Part shown: one piece after another, positions 48,287 to 59,976 of the stretch
Position numbering within the stretch: the stretch's first letter is position 1
Layout of the letters: each line of letters begins with the position of its first letter
NCBI GenBank assembly: GCA_965207735.1
Contig: OZ242296.1
Span: forward strand, 3,456,001-3,520,000
Length of the DNA: 64,000 nucleotides
Source: Candidatus Versatilivorator sp.
GTDB taxonomy: Bacteria; Acidobacteriota; Terriglobia; Versatilivoradales; Versatilivoraceae
Direction: 5' to 3'
Notes under the pieces: model-generated
Told to the model about the DNA's origin: nothing
The model's database searches: none
Seen by the model: the letters and a program-made list of their open reading frames with translations, nothing else
Program-made: the position numbers and the translations under genes

Positions 48287-51154
48287 ATGTTGGAAGGACG
48301 CTATCTCGACCTGTTCCAGGACCTTTCCGGAATCATTCCCGGTGAGCGGCTCATCCGGGACGACCTGCGCACCCTGGCCTACGGGACGGACGCCAGCTTC
48401 TACCGCCTGATCCCCAAGCTGGTGGTCCGGGTCGACACCGAAGCCGAGGTGGGGGAAGTCCTGAGGCAGTGCCGCGCCCACCGGCTGCCACTCACCTTTC
48501 GCGCGGGAGGAACCAGCCTCTCGGGGCAGTCCCTCAGCGACTCGGTGCTGATGCAGTTGGGCACGGGGTGGCGGGGGATCCGAATCGAGGACGAGGGCAG
48601 GCTTATCACCTTGCAGCCCGGCGTGGTCGGCGCCCACGCCAACGCCCGCCTGGCTCCCTACCGGCGCAAGATCGGGCCCGACCCGGCTTCCATCAACGCC
48701 GCCATGGTGGGTGGCATCGCCGCCAACAACGCCAGCGGCATGTGTTGCGGCACCTCCCAGAACAGCTACCGCACCCTGGAGAGCATGAGGGTCATCCTTG
48801 CCGACGGCGCCGTCCTGGACACTCGCAGCCATGCCAGCAAGGATCGATTCCGCCAGGCCCGACCGAACCTGGTGGAACGCATCGGTCGACTGGCGGAGCG
48901 GACTCGGCAGAACGGGGAACTGGCCGGCCGGATTCGCCGCAAGTTCAAGATGAAGAACACCACCGGCTACAGCCTGAACGCCCTGATCGATTTCGAAGAT
49001 CCCATCGACGTGATCCAGCACCTGATGATCGGGTCCGAAGGCACCTTGGGCTTCATCTCCGAAATCACCTACCGGACCGTGCCCGACCATCCCTACAAGG
49101 CCACCGCCCTGATCCTCTTCCCGGATATCAGGACCGCCTGTGAAGCCACCACCCTGTTAAGGAACTGTCCCGTCTCGGCGGTCGAGATCATGGACCGGGC
49201 CGGACTGCGCTCGGTGGAAGACAAGCCCGGCCTGCCCCTGGACCTGAAGAATCTGGACCCGTCGGTGGCAGCCCTGCTGGTCGAGACCCGGGGGGAAACA
49301 CCCGAAGACCTGGACCGGCACTTGGGAGCTACCACCCGAAGCCTGGCCGATCTGCCTACGGTGGAGCCGGTCGCCTTCACCCGGGACCCCGCCGAGCAGC
49401 TCCGCCTCTGGAACATCCGCAAGGGTCTTTTCCCCTCCATAGGGGCTATCCGGGAAATCGGGACCACCGTCATCATCGAAGACGTGGCCTTCCCCATCGA
49501 CCGTCTGGCCGAAGCCACCCTGCAGCTCCAGCAACTCTTCCGCAAGCACCACTACTCGGAAGCCATCATCTTCGGGCACGCCCTGGAGGGCAATCTCCAT
49601 TTCGTCTTCACCCAGGATTTCAACCGCCCCGAGGAAGTTCGCCGCTATCGGGACTTCATCGACGACCTCACCGAAATGGTGGTTCGCAGCTACGACGGCT
49701 CGCTCAAGGCGGAGCACGGCACCGGCCGCAATATGGCCCCCTTCGTGGAGTTGGAGTGGGGGGCCGAAGCCTACGGGCTGATGCGGAAGATCAAGGCCGT
49801 CTTCGATCCCGAAAACCTTCTCAACCCGGGGGTGATCCTCAACAGCGACCCCCGGATCCACCTCAAGAACCTCAAGCCCCTGCCCAAGGCCCACTCGGTG
49901 GTCGACAAGTGCACCGAATGCGGTTTCTGCGAGGTCAACTGCCCCTCCCGGGACCTGACCCTTACCCCTCGCCAACGGATCGCGGTTTGGCGTGAGATCT
50001 CCCGGCTCCGATCCGGCGGCGGCAACCCCGCTCGATTGGTCGAGCTGACCGGTCGCTACGCCTACCAGGGCAACGCCACCTGCGCTACCGACGGACTGTG
50101 CGCTATCGCCTGCCCGGTCAACATCGACACGGGCAAGCTCATCAAGGACCTGCGTCGCCTTGAGATTCCCGCATGGCAAGACCGGACCGCCACCTTGCTG
50201 GCCGACCACTTCGGACTGGTTACGGCCTCGCTGCGGATGCTGTTGACCGCCACCCACCAGTTCCATCGGCTGTTGGGCCCGGAAGGCATGCGGCAAGTCA
50301 CGAATTGGGCTCGGAAGCTTTCCGGGAACCGGCTGCCGCAATGGAATCCCTACCTGCCCGGGGCCGCCGAAGTCTTGACCAAATCGGGTGACGAAGGCCG
50401 GTCGCCCTTGAAGGCGGTCTACTTCCCAAGCTGTCTCAGTCGGACGCTGGGCGTGGCCGGCGACAGTGGGGGCCAGCCCTCTCAGAACCGCAAGTTGGAG
50501 TTGCTGATGCGCAAGGCGGGCGTGGAGCCGGTCTATCCGGAAAACCTGGACAGCCTCTGCTGCGGGATGCCCTTTGCCAGCAAGGGATTCGAGCGGCAGG
50601 GAGCCCGCAAGCAGGAGGAGTTGCAGCGGGCTTTGAACCTGACTTCCCGCGACGGCCACTATCCCGTTCTGGTGGACACCAGCCCCTGTCTCTTTCGCCT
50701 GAAGGAATCGGCTCACTTCGACCCGGAGTTTTCCATCTACGAGCCGGCGGAGTTTATTCTGAAGGTACTGCGGCCGGGACTCACCTTCAGCAAGCGCGCC
50801 GGCCCGGTGGCCCTGCACAGCCCCTGCAGCTCCCGCAAGATGGGGCTGGACAGCTCCTTGCGACAGGTCGCCGAACTCTGCTCCGAGGAGGTCATCGTCC
50901 CCGATAGCGTGGGCTGCTGCGGCTTCGCCGGAGACCGGGGCTTCAGCCATCCGGAGCTGACCGCATCAGCCCTCGGCTCCCTGAAGGCCTCCCTGCCGCC
51001 CAGTTGCCCGGTGGGCTACTCCACCAGCAAGACCTGCGAGATCGGGCTGTCGCTGCACGCCCGCATCCCCTATCAGTCGATTGCCTATCTGGTGGATGAG
51101 TGCACGGAAGGGCGGGTCCGGCAGGGTGGGGGAGAGGACTCCGGGGACGGGTAA
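48287..51154 (+). CDS. FAD- and 4Fe-4S-binding oxidoreductase (D-lactate dehydrogenase Dld-II-like)
   Basis: GTDASFYRL, GSEGTLG, GSLKAEHGTGRN, CTECGFCEVNCP, CATDGLC...CP, CCG motifs. Confidence 0.9.
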   Translation: MLEGRYLDLFQDLSGIIPGERLIRDDLRTLAYGTDASFYRLIPKLVVRVDTEAEVGEVLRQCRAHRLPLTFRAGGTSLSGQSLSDSVLMQLGTGWRGIRIEDEGRLITLQPGVVGAHANARLAPYRRKIGPDPASINAAMVGGIAANNASGMCCGTSQNSYRTLESMRVILADGAVLDTRSHASKDRFRQARPNLVERIGRLAERTRQNGELAGRIRRKFKMKNTTGYSLNALIDFEDPIDVIQHLMIGSEGTLGFISEITYRTVPDHPYKATALILFPDIRTACEATTLLRNCPVSAVEIMDRAGLRSVEDKPGLPLDLKNLDPSVAALLVETRGETPEDLDRHLGATTRSLADLPTVEPVAFTRDPAEQLRLWNIRKGLFPSIGAIREIGTTVIIEDVAFPIDRLAEATLQLQQLFRKHHYSEAIIFGHALEGNLHFVFTQDFNRPEEVRRYRDFIDDLTEMVVRSYDGSLKAEHGTGRNMAPFVELEWGAEAYGLMRKIKAVFDPENLLNPGVILNSDPRIHLKNLKPLPKAHSVVDKCTECGFCEVNCPSRDLTLTPRQRIAVWREISRLRSGGGNPARLVELTGRYAYQGNATCATDGLCAIACPVNIDTGKLIKDLRRLEIPAWQDRTATLLADHFGLVTASLRMLLTATHQFHRLLGPEGMRQVTNWARKLSGNRLPQWNPYLPGAAEVLTKSGDEGRSPLKAVYFPSCLSRTLGVAGDSGGQPSQNRKLELLMRKAGVEPVYPENLDSLCCGMPFASKGFERQGARKQEELQRALNLTSRDGHYPVLVDTSPCLFRLKESAHFDPEFSIYEPAEFILKVLRPGLTFSKRAGPVALHSPCSSRKMGLDSSLRQVAELCSEEVIVPDSVGCCGFAGDRGFSHPELTASALGSLKASLPPSCPVGYSTSKTCEIGLSLHARIPYQSIAYLVDECTEGRVRQGGGEDSGDG

Positions 51155-51170
51155 GGCATCGGGGCCGGTC

Positions 51171-51446
51171 TCACCCCTTCTGCTCCCGGTCAACCTCCGC
51201 GCTTGCCAGGACCTCATAGAGGGAAGCCGCTTCGATCCTTCGGGTGTCTGAGCCGGGCAGGCGAGCCACCTTCACCCTCAGCGTTCCAAGCCTCTGACGG
51301 CACTCGATCAGATCCCCGACCTTGATCGACTTGCCCCCCTTCGACACCTGCCCGTTGACCGAGACCGCTCCCGCCGCGCAGGCTTGCTGAGCCAAGGTCC
51401 GCCGGGAGATCAGGCGGGACCTTTTCAGGAATAAATCCAACCGCAT
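51171..51446 (-). CDS. S4-domain RNA-binding protein (YabO/Hsp15-like)
   Basis: MRLDLFLKRSRLISRRTLAQQACAAGAVSVNG...K..K.GD. Confidence 0.9.
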   Translation of the reverse strand: MRLDLFLKRSRLISRRTLAQQACAAGAVSVNGQVSKGGKSIKVGDLIECRQRLGTLRVKVARLPGSDTRRIEAASLYEVLASAEVDREQKG

Positions 51447-51479
51447 GGATATGGATTCGGGTAGGGGAGAGGCGGGAAC

Positions 51480-52559
51480 TTACTTCTTCTGCTGTCCCTC
51501 GAAGGCCGCGGGCGGGGGATCCTCGCCGACAGGCTGATCCCCATCGGCAGAGGCGGTCGCCACCTCGGACCCGCTGTCCAGGTAGCCTTCCTTGAGACGG
51601 ATGTAGCTCTGGCGGCGCAGCTTCTCCATATACTTCCGAAGGGCCGGGAGCGCCTTGTCCTCAACCAGCTTGTTGCGGATTTGATCCTTGACCACGTCCA
51701 GGGGTTGAATGCCGGCCACGTTTTTTTCGATCACCTTGAAGATGCGGAGGCCTCCCTGGCCTTCTACAATGTCGGTGATCTGACCTCGCCGCAGTGAAAA
51801 GACCATCTCCTCGATCTCCTTCAGGAGCATTCCTCTGCGGAAAAATCCCAGGTCCCCCGCCTGCTTGGCGGTCGGCCCGTCGGAATACTGGGCCACCAGC
51901 TCGCCGAACAACTCTCCGCCCCTGGCCTTCTCCAGCACTTCCTCGGCCCTCTTCCGGAGCCGCTCGACGTCGGAAGGATCCTCTCCGTTGGAGGCGATCA
52001 GAATCTCCTGGAGCCGCACCTGTTCCGGCCGATCGAACTTATCCCGGTTGGCCTCGTAGAAGGTCTCGATTTCCTCGGTCGAAATCTGGATGCGGTAGTA
52101 GACTTCCCGCCCCAGCACCTGTTCTCTCAGGCTCTGTTCTTTGATTCTCTTTCTGAACTCGACGGGATTGATGCCCTGACCGCGCATCTCCTGCTCCAGG
52201 GCTTCGATGCTGGGGAGATTGTTCTCTTTTCGAACCCGGTCCAGATACTTGATGATGTCGGTATCGGCGGTCATCCCCAGTTCCACTGCCTTCTGCACCA
52301 GGAGCCGTTCCTCGATCATGTTCTTGAGCAGATCCTTTTCGCCCTCGCTCACGGCCTGCGCCAGTTCTTCTCCGGAGAGCTTTTGCCGCGCCTGGACTCG
52401 GAGCTTGAGCAGGTTTACGGCTTCCTCGTACTCCGATTTGGTGATGATGTCGTTGTTGACCCGGCAGATGATCTCCTCGAAGACGATGGTTTCCGCCAGA
52501 GACGTGCCAGACAGCAGCAGCACTCCAGCCAGCACCCCGTGAGAAAGCCTTGTCTTCAT
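51480..52559 (-). CDS. SurA/PrsA-type parvulin peptidyl-prolyl isomerase
   Basis: GAGGAGG RBS; signal peptide; VNNDIIT, GELFGELVAQYSDGPTA..AGDLG. Confidence 0.85.
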   Translation of the reverse strand: MKTRLSHGVLAGVLLLSGTSLAETIVFEEIICRVNNDIITKSEYEEAVNLLKLRVQARQKLSGEELAQAVSEGEKDLLKNMIEERLLVQKAVELGMTADTDIIKYLDRVRKENNLPSIEALEQEMRGQGINPVEFRKRIKEQSLREQVLGREVYYRIQISTEEIETFYEANRDKFDRPEQVRLQEILIASNGEDPSDVERLRKRAEEVLEKARGGELFGELVAQYSDGPTAKQAGDLGFFRRGMLLKEIEEMVFSLRRGQITDIVEGQGGLRIFKVIEKNVAGIQPLDVVKDQIRNKLVEDKALPALRKYMEKLRRQSYIRLKEGYLDSGSEVATASADGDQPVGEDPPPAAFEGQQKK

Positions 52560-52813
52560 GGTCCCTCCTCCTCGAACTCCCCCTGACGGGCAGAACCCGG
52601 ATCTTTCCTTTAAGCGCATACCCGATGTTAACCGAAAACTCCCCGGAAGTTAACCCACCCGTGTCAGAGGGGGTGTACGACCCATTGCGGGGAGAGGAGT
52701 GTAGCGCATTCCGGCAGCCGTGTGCCAGGCGTCGGTTGCCCCCCACCGCTACATCAGTGCTGCACGACGAATTTTACACAAGGCTCATGGTTTACACGCT
52801 GCTGACGGAGGAC

Positions 52814-55800
52814 TCAGGAAGCCAGTTCGCCCAGCAGCCCTTGCACCGAGGAAAGCAACTCCCCCTGGGAGACGCCTGCCGACCGAAGCCTCAATTGACC
52901 TCCCGGGCTCACCGAGAGTCCGGGGACACTGGAGACGGTTTCCACCAGCTTGTGGGGCGGTATGGGGGTTCTGGGGTGAAAGGTGATGGCGATGCCCTGA
53001 CGATCTCTCTCCATCGACTGCACCAGAATCTTTTCCGCCAGGCGGCGCACTCTCATGTATTGCAGGAGCCTCTCGACCTCCTCCGGCAGCGGTCCGTAGC
53101 GGTCCTCCATCTCCTCCCGGAGGGCATCCATATCAGCGTCCAGCTTCAGGGAGGAGATGCGCTTATAGACGCTCAGCCGTTGATTTTCCTCGGGGATGTA
53201 GTCCGGCGGGATTTTGACGCTCACCTTGAGATCGATCTGGGTCTGGATCTCGGGGAGGACTTCCTGGCCCTCGAGTTCCCTGATGGTCCGTTCCAGCATT
53301 TGACAGTAAAGATCGAAGCCGATGGCGTTGACATGCCCATGCTGTTCCCCACCCAGCAGGTTGCCCGCACCCCTCAACTCCAGGTCCAGCGCCGCCACCT
53401 TGAACCCCGATCCCAGCTCGCTGAACTCTTTCAACGCCGCCAGCCGCTGCCGTGCGATGCCCGAGAGCGTCTGCCGCGGCGGGACCAGCAGAAAGGCATA
53501 GGCGCGGCGGCTGGAACGGCCCACCCGTCCCCGCAACTGGTAGAGCTGAGAGAGACCGAACCGGTCGGCTCGATTGACGATCATGGTGTTGACCAGAGGG
53601 ATGTCCAGGCCGTTTTCAATAATCGTAGTGGAAACAAGCACGTCGGCCTCGTGCCTCAGGAACTTGAGCAGGGTGGCTTCCAGATCCTTTTCCTTCATCT
53701 GGCCGTGAGCTACCAGCAGTCGAGCTTCAGGGCAGATTTCCTGGAGCAGTGCGGCAATGGAATCGATGGTCTCCACCTGGTTGTGGACGAAAAAGATCTG
53801 TCCCTGGCGTTCCAGTTCATTTCTAATGGCGTTTTGGATGACCTGGCGACTGAAGGGCAGCACCGCGGTCTGTATGGCCAGGCGATCCCTGGGTGGCGTC
53901 TCAATCACCGACATGTCCCGGATGCCCGTCAATGACATGTGCAGTGTTCTCGGAATGGGGGTGGCCGTCATGGTGAGGGTGTCGACGTTCTTCTTCAACT
54001 GCCTCAGCCTCTCCTTGTGAGCCACCCCGAAGCGCTGCTCCTCGTCCACGACCAACAGGCCCAGGTCCCGAAACCGGATGTCCTTGGAAAGCATGCGGTG
54101 GGTGCCGATGAGGATGTCGACCTTGCCGGTGGCCACCCGCTCCAGGATGGCCTTCTGTTCCCTGGGGCTCCGGAATCGGCTCAACATCTCAATGGTGATG
54201 GGAAACGCGGTAAAGCGCTGCCTGAAGCGCAGGTAATGCTGGTAGACCAGGATGGTCGTAGGCGCCAGGACTGCCGACTGCTTGCCGTCGAAGGCGGCCT
54301 TGAAGGCCGCGCGCATGGCCACCTCGGTCTTGCCGAAGCCCACGTCTCCACAGAGCAGCCGGTCCATGGGGCTGCTCAATTCCATGTCCCGGTAGAGGTC
54401 TCGAATGGCCTCCCTTTGATCCGGGGTCTCGGTGAACTCGAAAGCATCTTCGAATTCCTGATGCCAGTGGCTGTTGGCGGCAAAGCGGTATCCCGGCGCG
54501 ATCCTTCTCCGGGCATAGAGATCGAGCAGTTCCTCGGCCATGTCCCGGATGGACTTGCGGGCGCGGGCCTTGGCTCGTTTCCAGCTCACTCCTCCCAGCT
54601 TGTCCAGGGGAGGGTGGGCGCTTTCGCCGCTGCTGTGCTTTTGAACCAGGTCCATCCGCTCCAGAGGGACGTAAAGCCGGGCTTCGTCGAAATACTCCAG
54701 GATCATGAACTCCTGGTTCACTCCATCGCGGTCGATCTGCTTGAGCCCCCGGTAGCGGCCGATACCGTGGTCGACGTGCACCAGGTAGTCCCCCGGACTC
54801 AGCTCGCGGAAGTCGGACACGAAGGTCCCGCTTCTGGACCTGGATGGGGCCGGGTGGGAGAGGTACTCCACTTCATCGAAGACGTCCTCGTCCCCGAAGA
54901 TGCTGATCCCTGCCGAGCGGTGGCGGAACCCTTCCAGGACGTGGCCGACCACCACGGCAATCCGGGCAGGTGTCCCATTGGCCGGTCGGTCCTTGGCGCC
55001 GAAATCGCAAACGACCGGAAGATCGTATTCCCGCAGCATTTCCCCCAGGCGCTCGGCCCTTCCCAGGGAAGACTGCGCGAACAGCAGTCGAACGCCGGCT
55101 TCCAGCCACTGGCGCAGGTCCCGTGCCAGGCTTGCGATGTCGCCATGGTACTTTCGGAGGGGAGTTGTTTGGCAGTCAATGTGGATTGGGGGCGGATCGG
55201 CGGCCGCTTGAGACCCTGAATCGACCGTTCCGGCTGCCGTCTTGCCCGCGGAGGGGGACGGGGAGAGAGAGAGATCCAGCGGTTGGCCGGGGGCGGTTCC
55301 CAGTTGCTGCAGGTCGATGACCGGACGGCCCTCCAGCCGTTCCCCGACCTCGGCCAGGGAAACGCAGAGGTCTTCCGGATTCAAGCTGGGCCACCCGCGC
55401 CGGCCGAGCGCCTCCCGATCCCCGGCCATATCCGCCCACCAGTGGCGCAGCCCCTCCTCCAGCTCGTCCGGCTCATCCCTCACCACCACGAAATCGCCCG
55501 CGAAGTCCAGAAACGACATCTTCAGCGGAAGCGTCAGCCCGTGCAGGAACTCGAACCCCTGGAAGTGCTCCCCGCGGCTTGCTTGAACGACCTGGGTCTC
55601 GAAGAAAGCCGGAAAATCTGCGGGAGACCATCTCTCGGAAGCCTCCTGGCTCCACTCCCGCAGAGCATCGGGACCCACGAAGGTCTCTCTCATTGGAACG
55701 GGAGTTACGCTCTCGAGCCGCCCCACCGACCGCTGCGAACTGACGGAAAACTCCCGGAGCGACTCGATCTCATCTCCGAAGAACTCGATGCGGGCGGGGT

Positions 55801-56485
55801 TGGGGCTCCCCGGGGGATAGATATCCAGAATCCCTCCCCGGCGGGAGAAGGTTCCCACACCGGTCACCGGCTCTTCCTTGACGTACCCTGCCCGTTTCAG
55901 GTAGGCGATCAGACCCTCCAGGGAGATCTCTCTGCCCAGAGCCAGTTCGGGCACCTGGCGGAAGTCGGGGAGAAATTCCGGCAATCGAGCCAACAGTGCC
56001 GTGGGGCCGCAGAGCAGAATATCCAGGGTTCGCCGGTGAATCTTCCAGAGAGCCAGCGTCCGCTGCTCCACCGCCTCGGCATGGGGAGACAGACCGCTAT
56101 AGGGCCCCGGCTCCAGTGCGGGAAAGGTGGCTACACGCTCCCCCGGGTTTTCGGAGAGGCTGCGATGATAGAAGGCCGTGGTGGCGGCCATGGCCTCCAG
56201 GTCAGGCACGCCGGCACTGAGGAACAGAATGGGGCGATTCAGGATCCGATGCAGGAGAGCCAGGTAGGCGGGTTTTGCGGACGGCGTGATGCCGGACAGG
56301 GTGATCCAGCAGGATGCGGAATCGACCTGACGGGGAATCGACTGGAGGAGAGGGTCCTGCGCCAGTTGGGTAAGCAGATGTCGGGTAGCCAAATCGATCG
56401 GGAAACGAGTTCGGAAGGCCCGGGGCTCGGCCACCGGGTCAACCCCGCTAAGCCTGCCGGCCGTAGCGGCGAAGAATGCGCTCAA
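52814..56485 (-). CDS. mfd: Transcription-repair coupling factor
   Basis: CarD-like [52 protein letters not shown] domain; start uncertain. Confidence 0.96.
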   Translation of the reverse strand: MSAFFAATAGRLSGVDPVAEPRAFRTRFPIDLATRHLLTQLAQDPLLQSIPRQVDSASCWITLSGITPSAKPAYLALLHRILNRPILFLSAGVPDLEAMAATTAFYHRSLSENPGERVATFPALEPGPYSGLSPHAEAVEQRTLALWKIHRRTLDILLCGPTALLARLPEFLPDFRQVPELALGREISLEGLIAYLKRAGYVKEEPVTGVGTFSRRGGILDIYPPGSPNPARIEFFGDEIESLREFSVSSQRSVGRLESVTPVPMRETFVGPDALREWSQEASERWSPADFPAFFETQVVQASRGEHFQGFEFLHGLTLPLKMSFLDFAGDFVVVRDEPDELEEGLRHWWADMAGDREALGRRGWPSLNPEDLCVSLAEVGERLEGRPVIDLQQLGTAPGQPLDLSLSPSPSAGKTAAGTVDSGSQAAADPPPIHIDCQTTPLRKYHGDIASLARDLRQWLEAGVRLLFAQSSLGRAERLGEMLREYDLPVVCDFGAKDRPANGTPARIAVVVGHVLEGFRHRSAGISIFGDEDVFDEVEYLSHPAPSRSRSGTFVSDFRELSPGDYLVHVDHGIGRYRGLKQIDRDGVNQEFMILEYFDEARLYVPLERMDLVQKHSSGESAHPPLDKLGGVSWKRAKARARKSIRDMAEELLDLYARRRIAPGYRFAANSHWHQEFEDAFEFTETPDQREAIRDLYRDMELSSPMDRLLCGDVGFGKTEVAMRAAFKAAFDGKQSAVLAPTTILVYQHYLRFRQRFTAFPITIEMLSRFRSPREQKAILERVATGKVDILIGTHRMLSKDIRFRDLGLLVVDEEQRFGVAHKERLRQLKKNVDTLTMTATPIPRTLHMSLTGIRDMSVIETPPRDRLAIQTAVLPFSRQVIQNAIRNELERQGQIFFVHNQVETIDSIAALLQEICPEARLLVAHGQMKEKDLEATLLKFLRHEADVLVSTTIIENGLDIPLVNTMIVNRADRFGLSQLYQLRGRVGRSSRRAYAFLLVPPRQTLSGIARQRLAALKEFSELGSGFKVAALDLELRGAGNLLGGEQHGHVNAIGFDLYCQMLERTIRELEGQEVLPEIQTQIDLKVSVKIPPDYIPEENQRLSVYKRISSLKLDADMDALREEMEDRYGPLPEEVERLLQYMRVRRLAEKILVQSMERDRQGIAITFHPRTPIPPHKLVETVSSVPGLSVSPGGQLRLRSAGVSQGELLSSVQGLLGELAS

Positions 56486-56939
56486 TGATTGCGCTAGAGG
56501 ACTGCCCCTCCAGGTAGGGCAGGGGAACCACCCTGCCGCCGGCCGCCTCCACCTCCTGGCGTCCCACGATGGTTTCCACCGTCCAGTCGCCCCCCTTGAC
56601 CAGCACGTCGGGAAGCAGGGCCGCGATCAGCCGCTGGGGCGTATCCTGGTCGAAGACCGTAATGTAATCGACGCTGTCAAGCCCCGAGAGCAGGCGGGTC
56701 CGTTCATCCTGGGTCAGGATGGGCCGCATGGGGCCCTTCAGGTCTCTGACCGAACGATCGCTGTTGACACCGACAATCAGGACATCTCCCATTTGCCGGG
56801 CGCGCCTCAGGTAGTCGATATGGCCGGGGTGGAGCAGATCGAAGCATCCGTTGGTGAAGACCGTCCGTTTGTTCTGCTGCCGCAAGCGATCCCGTTGCGC
56901 CAGCAGATCCTCCAAGGCCAGAATCTTCCGCAGAGACAT
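56448..56939 (-). CDS. rfaE2: D-glycero-beta-D-manno-heptose 1-phosphate adenylyltransferase
   Basis: [37 protein letters not shown]. Confidence 0.92.
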   Translation of the reverse strand: MSLRKILALEDLLAQRDRLRQQNKRTVFTNGCFDLLHPGHIDYLRRARQMGDVLIVGVNSDRSVRDLKGPMRPILTQDERTRLLSGLDSVDYITVFDQDTPQRLIAALLPDVLVKGGDWTVETIVGRQEVEAAGGRVVPLPYLEGQSSSAIIERILRRYGRQA

Positions 56940-57108
56940 GTTGGAAACCGACGGGGAGATCGGAGGTAGGGAGCAGGGATAGCAGGCCGGGATTATAGCA
57001 CAGCCCCGGTGCCGGCCAGGGGAATCCTCCGGGACTTGCATGGCCGGAGTCGACGTGCTGCCATTCGACTATCGAACCCTTCGCCGGAGGCTGCTTCGGA
57101 AGGCGACC

Positions 57109-58119
57109 TCAGTTCTCTGGCAGGTCCTGACGACCGGCCCCCACTGAGACCTCGGCTGCGCGAAGCCGCATTCCCATGCGTTCCAGCAGATCGCGGTCCA
57201 GGTCAGCTTGGGGGTTGGGAGTGGTCAGCAAGCGCTCCCCCATGAAGACGGAATTGGCGCCGGCAAGCAGGCAAAGCGCCTGGGCTTCATCCGAAAGCGA
57301 CAGGCGCCCGGCGCTCAAGCGCACCATGGCCTCGGGCATCAGGATCCGGGCGGTTGCGATCATGCGGACCATTTCGAAAGGGTCCACGGCTCCCTGATCC
57401 GCCAGCGGGGTCCCTTCCACCCGAACCAGCAGATTGATGGGCACGCTCTCCGGGTGGGGATCCTGGGTGGCCAACTCCTCCAGCAGACGCCAGCGGTCCC
57501 GGCGGCTTTCCCCCATCCCGATGATCCCGCCGCAGCAGACGCTGATGCCGGCGTCTCTCACCCGCTCCAGGGTTTCCAGACGGTCCCGGTAGGTCCGGGT
57601 GGTGATGATTCGACCGTAGAATTCGGGTGAGGTGTCCAGGTTGTGGTTATAGGCCGTCAGGCCCGCCGCGGCCAGCGCTTCTGCCTGGGGCTGCGACAAC
57701 ATCCCCAGCGTGCAGCAGGCCTCCATGCTCAACTCCCTGACGCCGCGCACCATGGCCAACACGTTGTCGAACTCCTCACCTTCAGGAGCCTGGCGCCAGG
57801 CCGCCCCCATGCAAAAACGGGTTGCGCCCTGCCGGCGCGCCTCCCGTGCAGACTCCAGCACCTGCTCCGGATTCAACAGCTTCTGGCCGGCAACCTCCGT
57901 ATCGTAACGGGCCGATTGCGGGCAGTAGCCGCAGTCTTCCGGGCACCCCCCGGTCTTGATGCTGAGAAGCGAACACCCCTGCACCTCCTCGGCGCAGTGG
58001 TGCCGGCGGTGCAGGCTCTGGGCGCGAAAGATCAACTCGGGAAAGGGCAAGGTGTAGATACCCTCGATTTCTTCCAGGCTCCAGTCATGACGGATGGGGC
58101 TCGAATCGGGCTGCTTCAT
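57109..58119 (-). CDS. bioB: Biotin synthase
   Basis: [38 protein letters not shown]. Confidence 0.97.
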   Translation of the reverse strand: MKQPDSSPIRHDWSLEEIEGIYTLPFPELIFRAQSLHRRHHCAEEVQGCSLLSIKTGGCPEDCGYCPQSARYDTEVAGQKLLNPEQVLESAREARRQGATRFCMGAAWRQAPEGEEFDNVLAMVRGVRELSMEACCTLGMLSQPQAEALAAAGLTAYNHNLDTSPEFYGRIITTRTYRDRLETLERVRDAGISVCCGGIIGMGESRRDRWRLLEELATQDPHPESVPINLLVRVEGTPLADQGAVDPFEMVRMIATARILMPEAMVRLSAGRLSLSDEAQALCLLAGANSVFMGERLLTTPNPQADLDRDLLERMGMRLRAAEVSVGAGRQDLPEN

Positions 58120-58194
58120 CTTGGCGCTCTTCCTCGACTCCGGTTGGGGTCCCGGCCCGGCTGCGTCGGGCGTTCCTCCGGCCCGGGTGGCGGC

Positions 58195-59694
58195 TCAGGA
58201 GTAGATCTCTCCGTACTTGGCCTTCAGGTAGCTCACGAAGGGCTCGGCCCTCAGTTCCTCGCCCGTAACCCGATGGACTAGGTCGGCGGGCATGAATTTC
58301 CGGCCATGGCGATGGACGCTTTCTCTCAACCAGCTTAGCAGCGGCGAAAACTCTCCGCGTTCGATGTCCTCCGGGATGCCGGGGATCTCCTGCCTGGCGC
58401 GATCGTACAACTGCACCGATATCAGATTCCCCAGGGAATAGGTGGGGAAATAACCGAAAAGGCCGTGGGACCAATGCACATCCTGGAGCACCCCCAGAGC
58501 GTCGTTGGGCGGAGTGATCCCCAGATAGTCTCGCATCTTGCCGTTCCAGGCCTCCGGCAGGTCCGCCACAGGTAGGCTGTCCTCGACCAGTTGGGCTTCC
58601 AGCTCGTACCGCAGCATGATGTGCAGATTGTAGGTCACTTCGTCGGCCTCCACCCGAATGAGCGAAGGCTCGACACGATTGATGGCCCGATAGAAGGCTT
58701 CCGGCGAGCAGCCGGCCAGCTGCCGAGGAAAGGTGCGCTGAAGCCGCGGGTAGGCGAATTTCCAGAACCCTCGGCTCCGGCCCACCAGATTTTCCCACAA
58801 CCGCGACTGGGACTCATGAATGCCCAGGGAGGTGCCGCTGCTCAGGGGGGTGCGCTCCAGGGCGGGGCTCACGCCCTGTTCGTAGAGGGCGTGGCCCGTT
58901 TCGTGGAGTGTTCCGAACAGGGCCGAAGGGAGGAACCTCTCGTCGAAGCGGGTGGTGATGCGAACGTCCCGATTGGAAAAAGAAGTGCAGAAGGGATGGA
59001 CCGACTGGTCCTGGCGGCCGCCAGTGAAATCGAAGCCCATCTCCTGCGCCATCTCCAGGCCAAAGGTCGTCTGCTTTTCAATAGGGAAGCTCTGGCGCAA
59101 GACTTCATCCTGGACGCTCTCCAGCTTTTGGGAGATTTCCTGCACCAGCGGAACCAACCCGCCCTTCAAGTCGGCAAAGAGCCGGTCCAGTTCCGCCGAT
59201 CGCATGCCCGGCTCGTACTGGTCGAGCAGGGCGTCGTATCGTCTCTCCCGATATCCCAGGCAGTCGGCCAGCTCTCGCTGGAGATCCACCAGGGTCTGCA
59301 GCGTGCTTCGAAACAGGCCGAAGTCGGACCGGCCTCGGGCCTTAACCCAGACTTCCATCCCAAGCGAGGTCCGCCGCGCCAACTCCTCCACCAGCGATGG
59401 CGGAATGCTGCGAGCCTTGTCGTAGTCCCGCCGGGTCAGTCGAACCAGGCTGGCGTCGTCCGAATCGTAGCTCAGGGCCTGGGTCTCGGAAGCCGCGTCT
59501 TCCAGCCAGGCACCCACCTCCTCGGAGACGAAGCGTCCATGGGCGAGCTTCTCCAGGGTGGCGATCTGTTCGGCGCGCGCCGCCGCCCCGCCGCTCGGCA
59601 TGTAGGTCTGCTGGTCCCAGCTCAGCAGCGCGGCAGCCGCCTTGAGATCGGAAACCTCCGCCATCCTGGTTTTGAGTTTACTAAGCTGACTCAT
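58195..59694 (-). CDS. Carboxypeptidase M32 (Taq)
   Basis: HPF, HETGHALYEQ, HESQS, IRVEADE, LQDVHW, GYFPTY. Confidence 0.95.
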   Translation of the reverse strand: MSQLSKLKTRMAEVSDLKAAAALLSWDQQTYMPSGGAAARAEQIATLEKLAHGRFVSEEVGAWLEDAASETQALSYDSDDASLVRLTRRDYDKARSIPPSLVEELARRTSLGMEVWVKARGRSDFGLFRSTLQTLVDLQRELADCLGYRERRYDALLDQYEPGMRSAELDRLFADLKGGLVPLVQEISQKLESVQDEVLRQSFPIEKQTTFGLEMAQEMGFDFTGGRQDQSVHPFCTSFSNRDVRITTRFDERFLPSALFGTLHETGHALYEQGVSPALERTPLSSGTSLGIHESQSRLWENLVGRSRGFWKFAYPRLQRTFPRQLAGCSPEAFYRAINRVEPSLIRVEADEVTYNLHIMLRYELEAQLVEDSLPVADLPEAWNGKMRDYLGITPPNDALGVLQDVHWSHGLFGYFPTYSLGNLISVQLYDRARQEIPGIPEDIERGEFSPLLSWLRESVHRHGRKFMPADLVHRVTGEELRAEPFVSYLKAKYGEIYS

Positions 59695-59976
59695 TTCCCC
59701 CCGGCAGCCTGCCCGCCCAGTCCAGGATTCCAGCCCCGGCGAGACTTGCGGGCCCGGAATTCATGGCTTTTCCCTCCTCGGTCGGAGCGCGAGTATACCA
59801 CAGGGAATCGTCTGGATTTTCCTCAGCTTGTGATGTCCTTTCCGGCGTGGTAGGGTTGCTGCACCGCGGCGCCTCACCCCCACCGGCACGGCGGCACCCG
59901 TCCCTAAAGCGGCCTCCCGCAGCTGCAATCTCAGGGCCCGCTACCCCGGATGCTTCCGGACCCGGAATCGACCTCG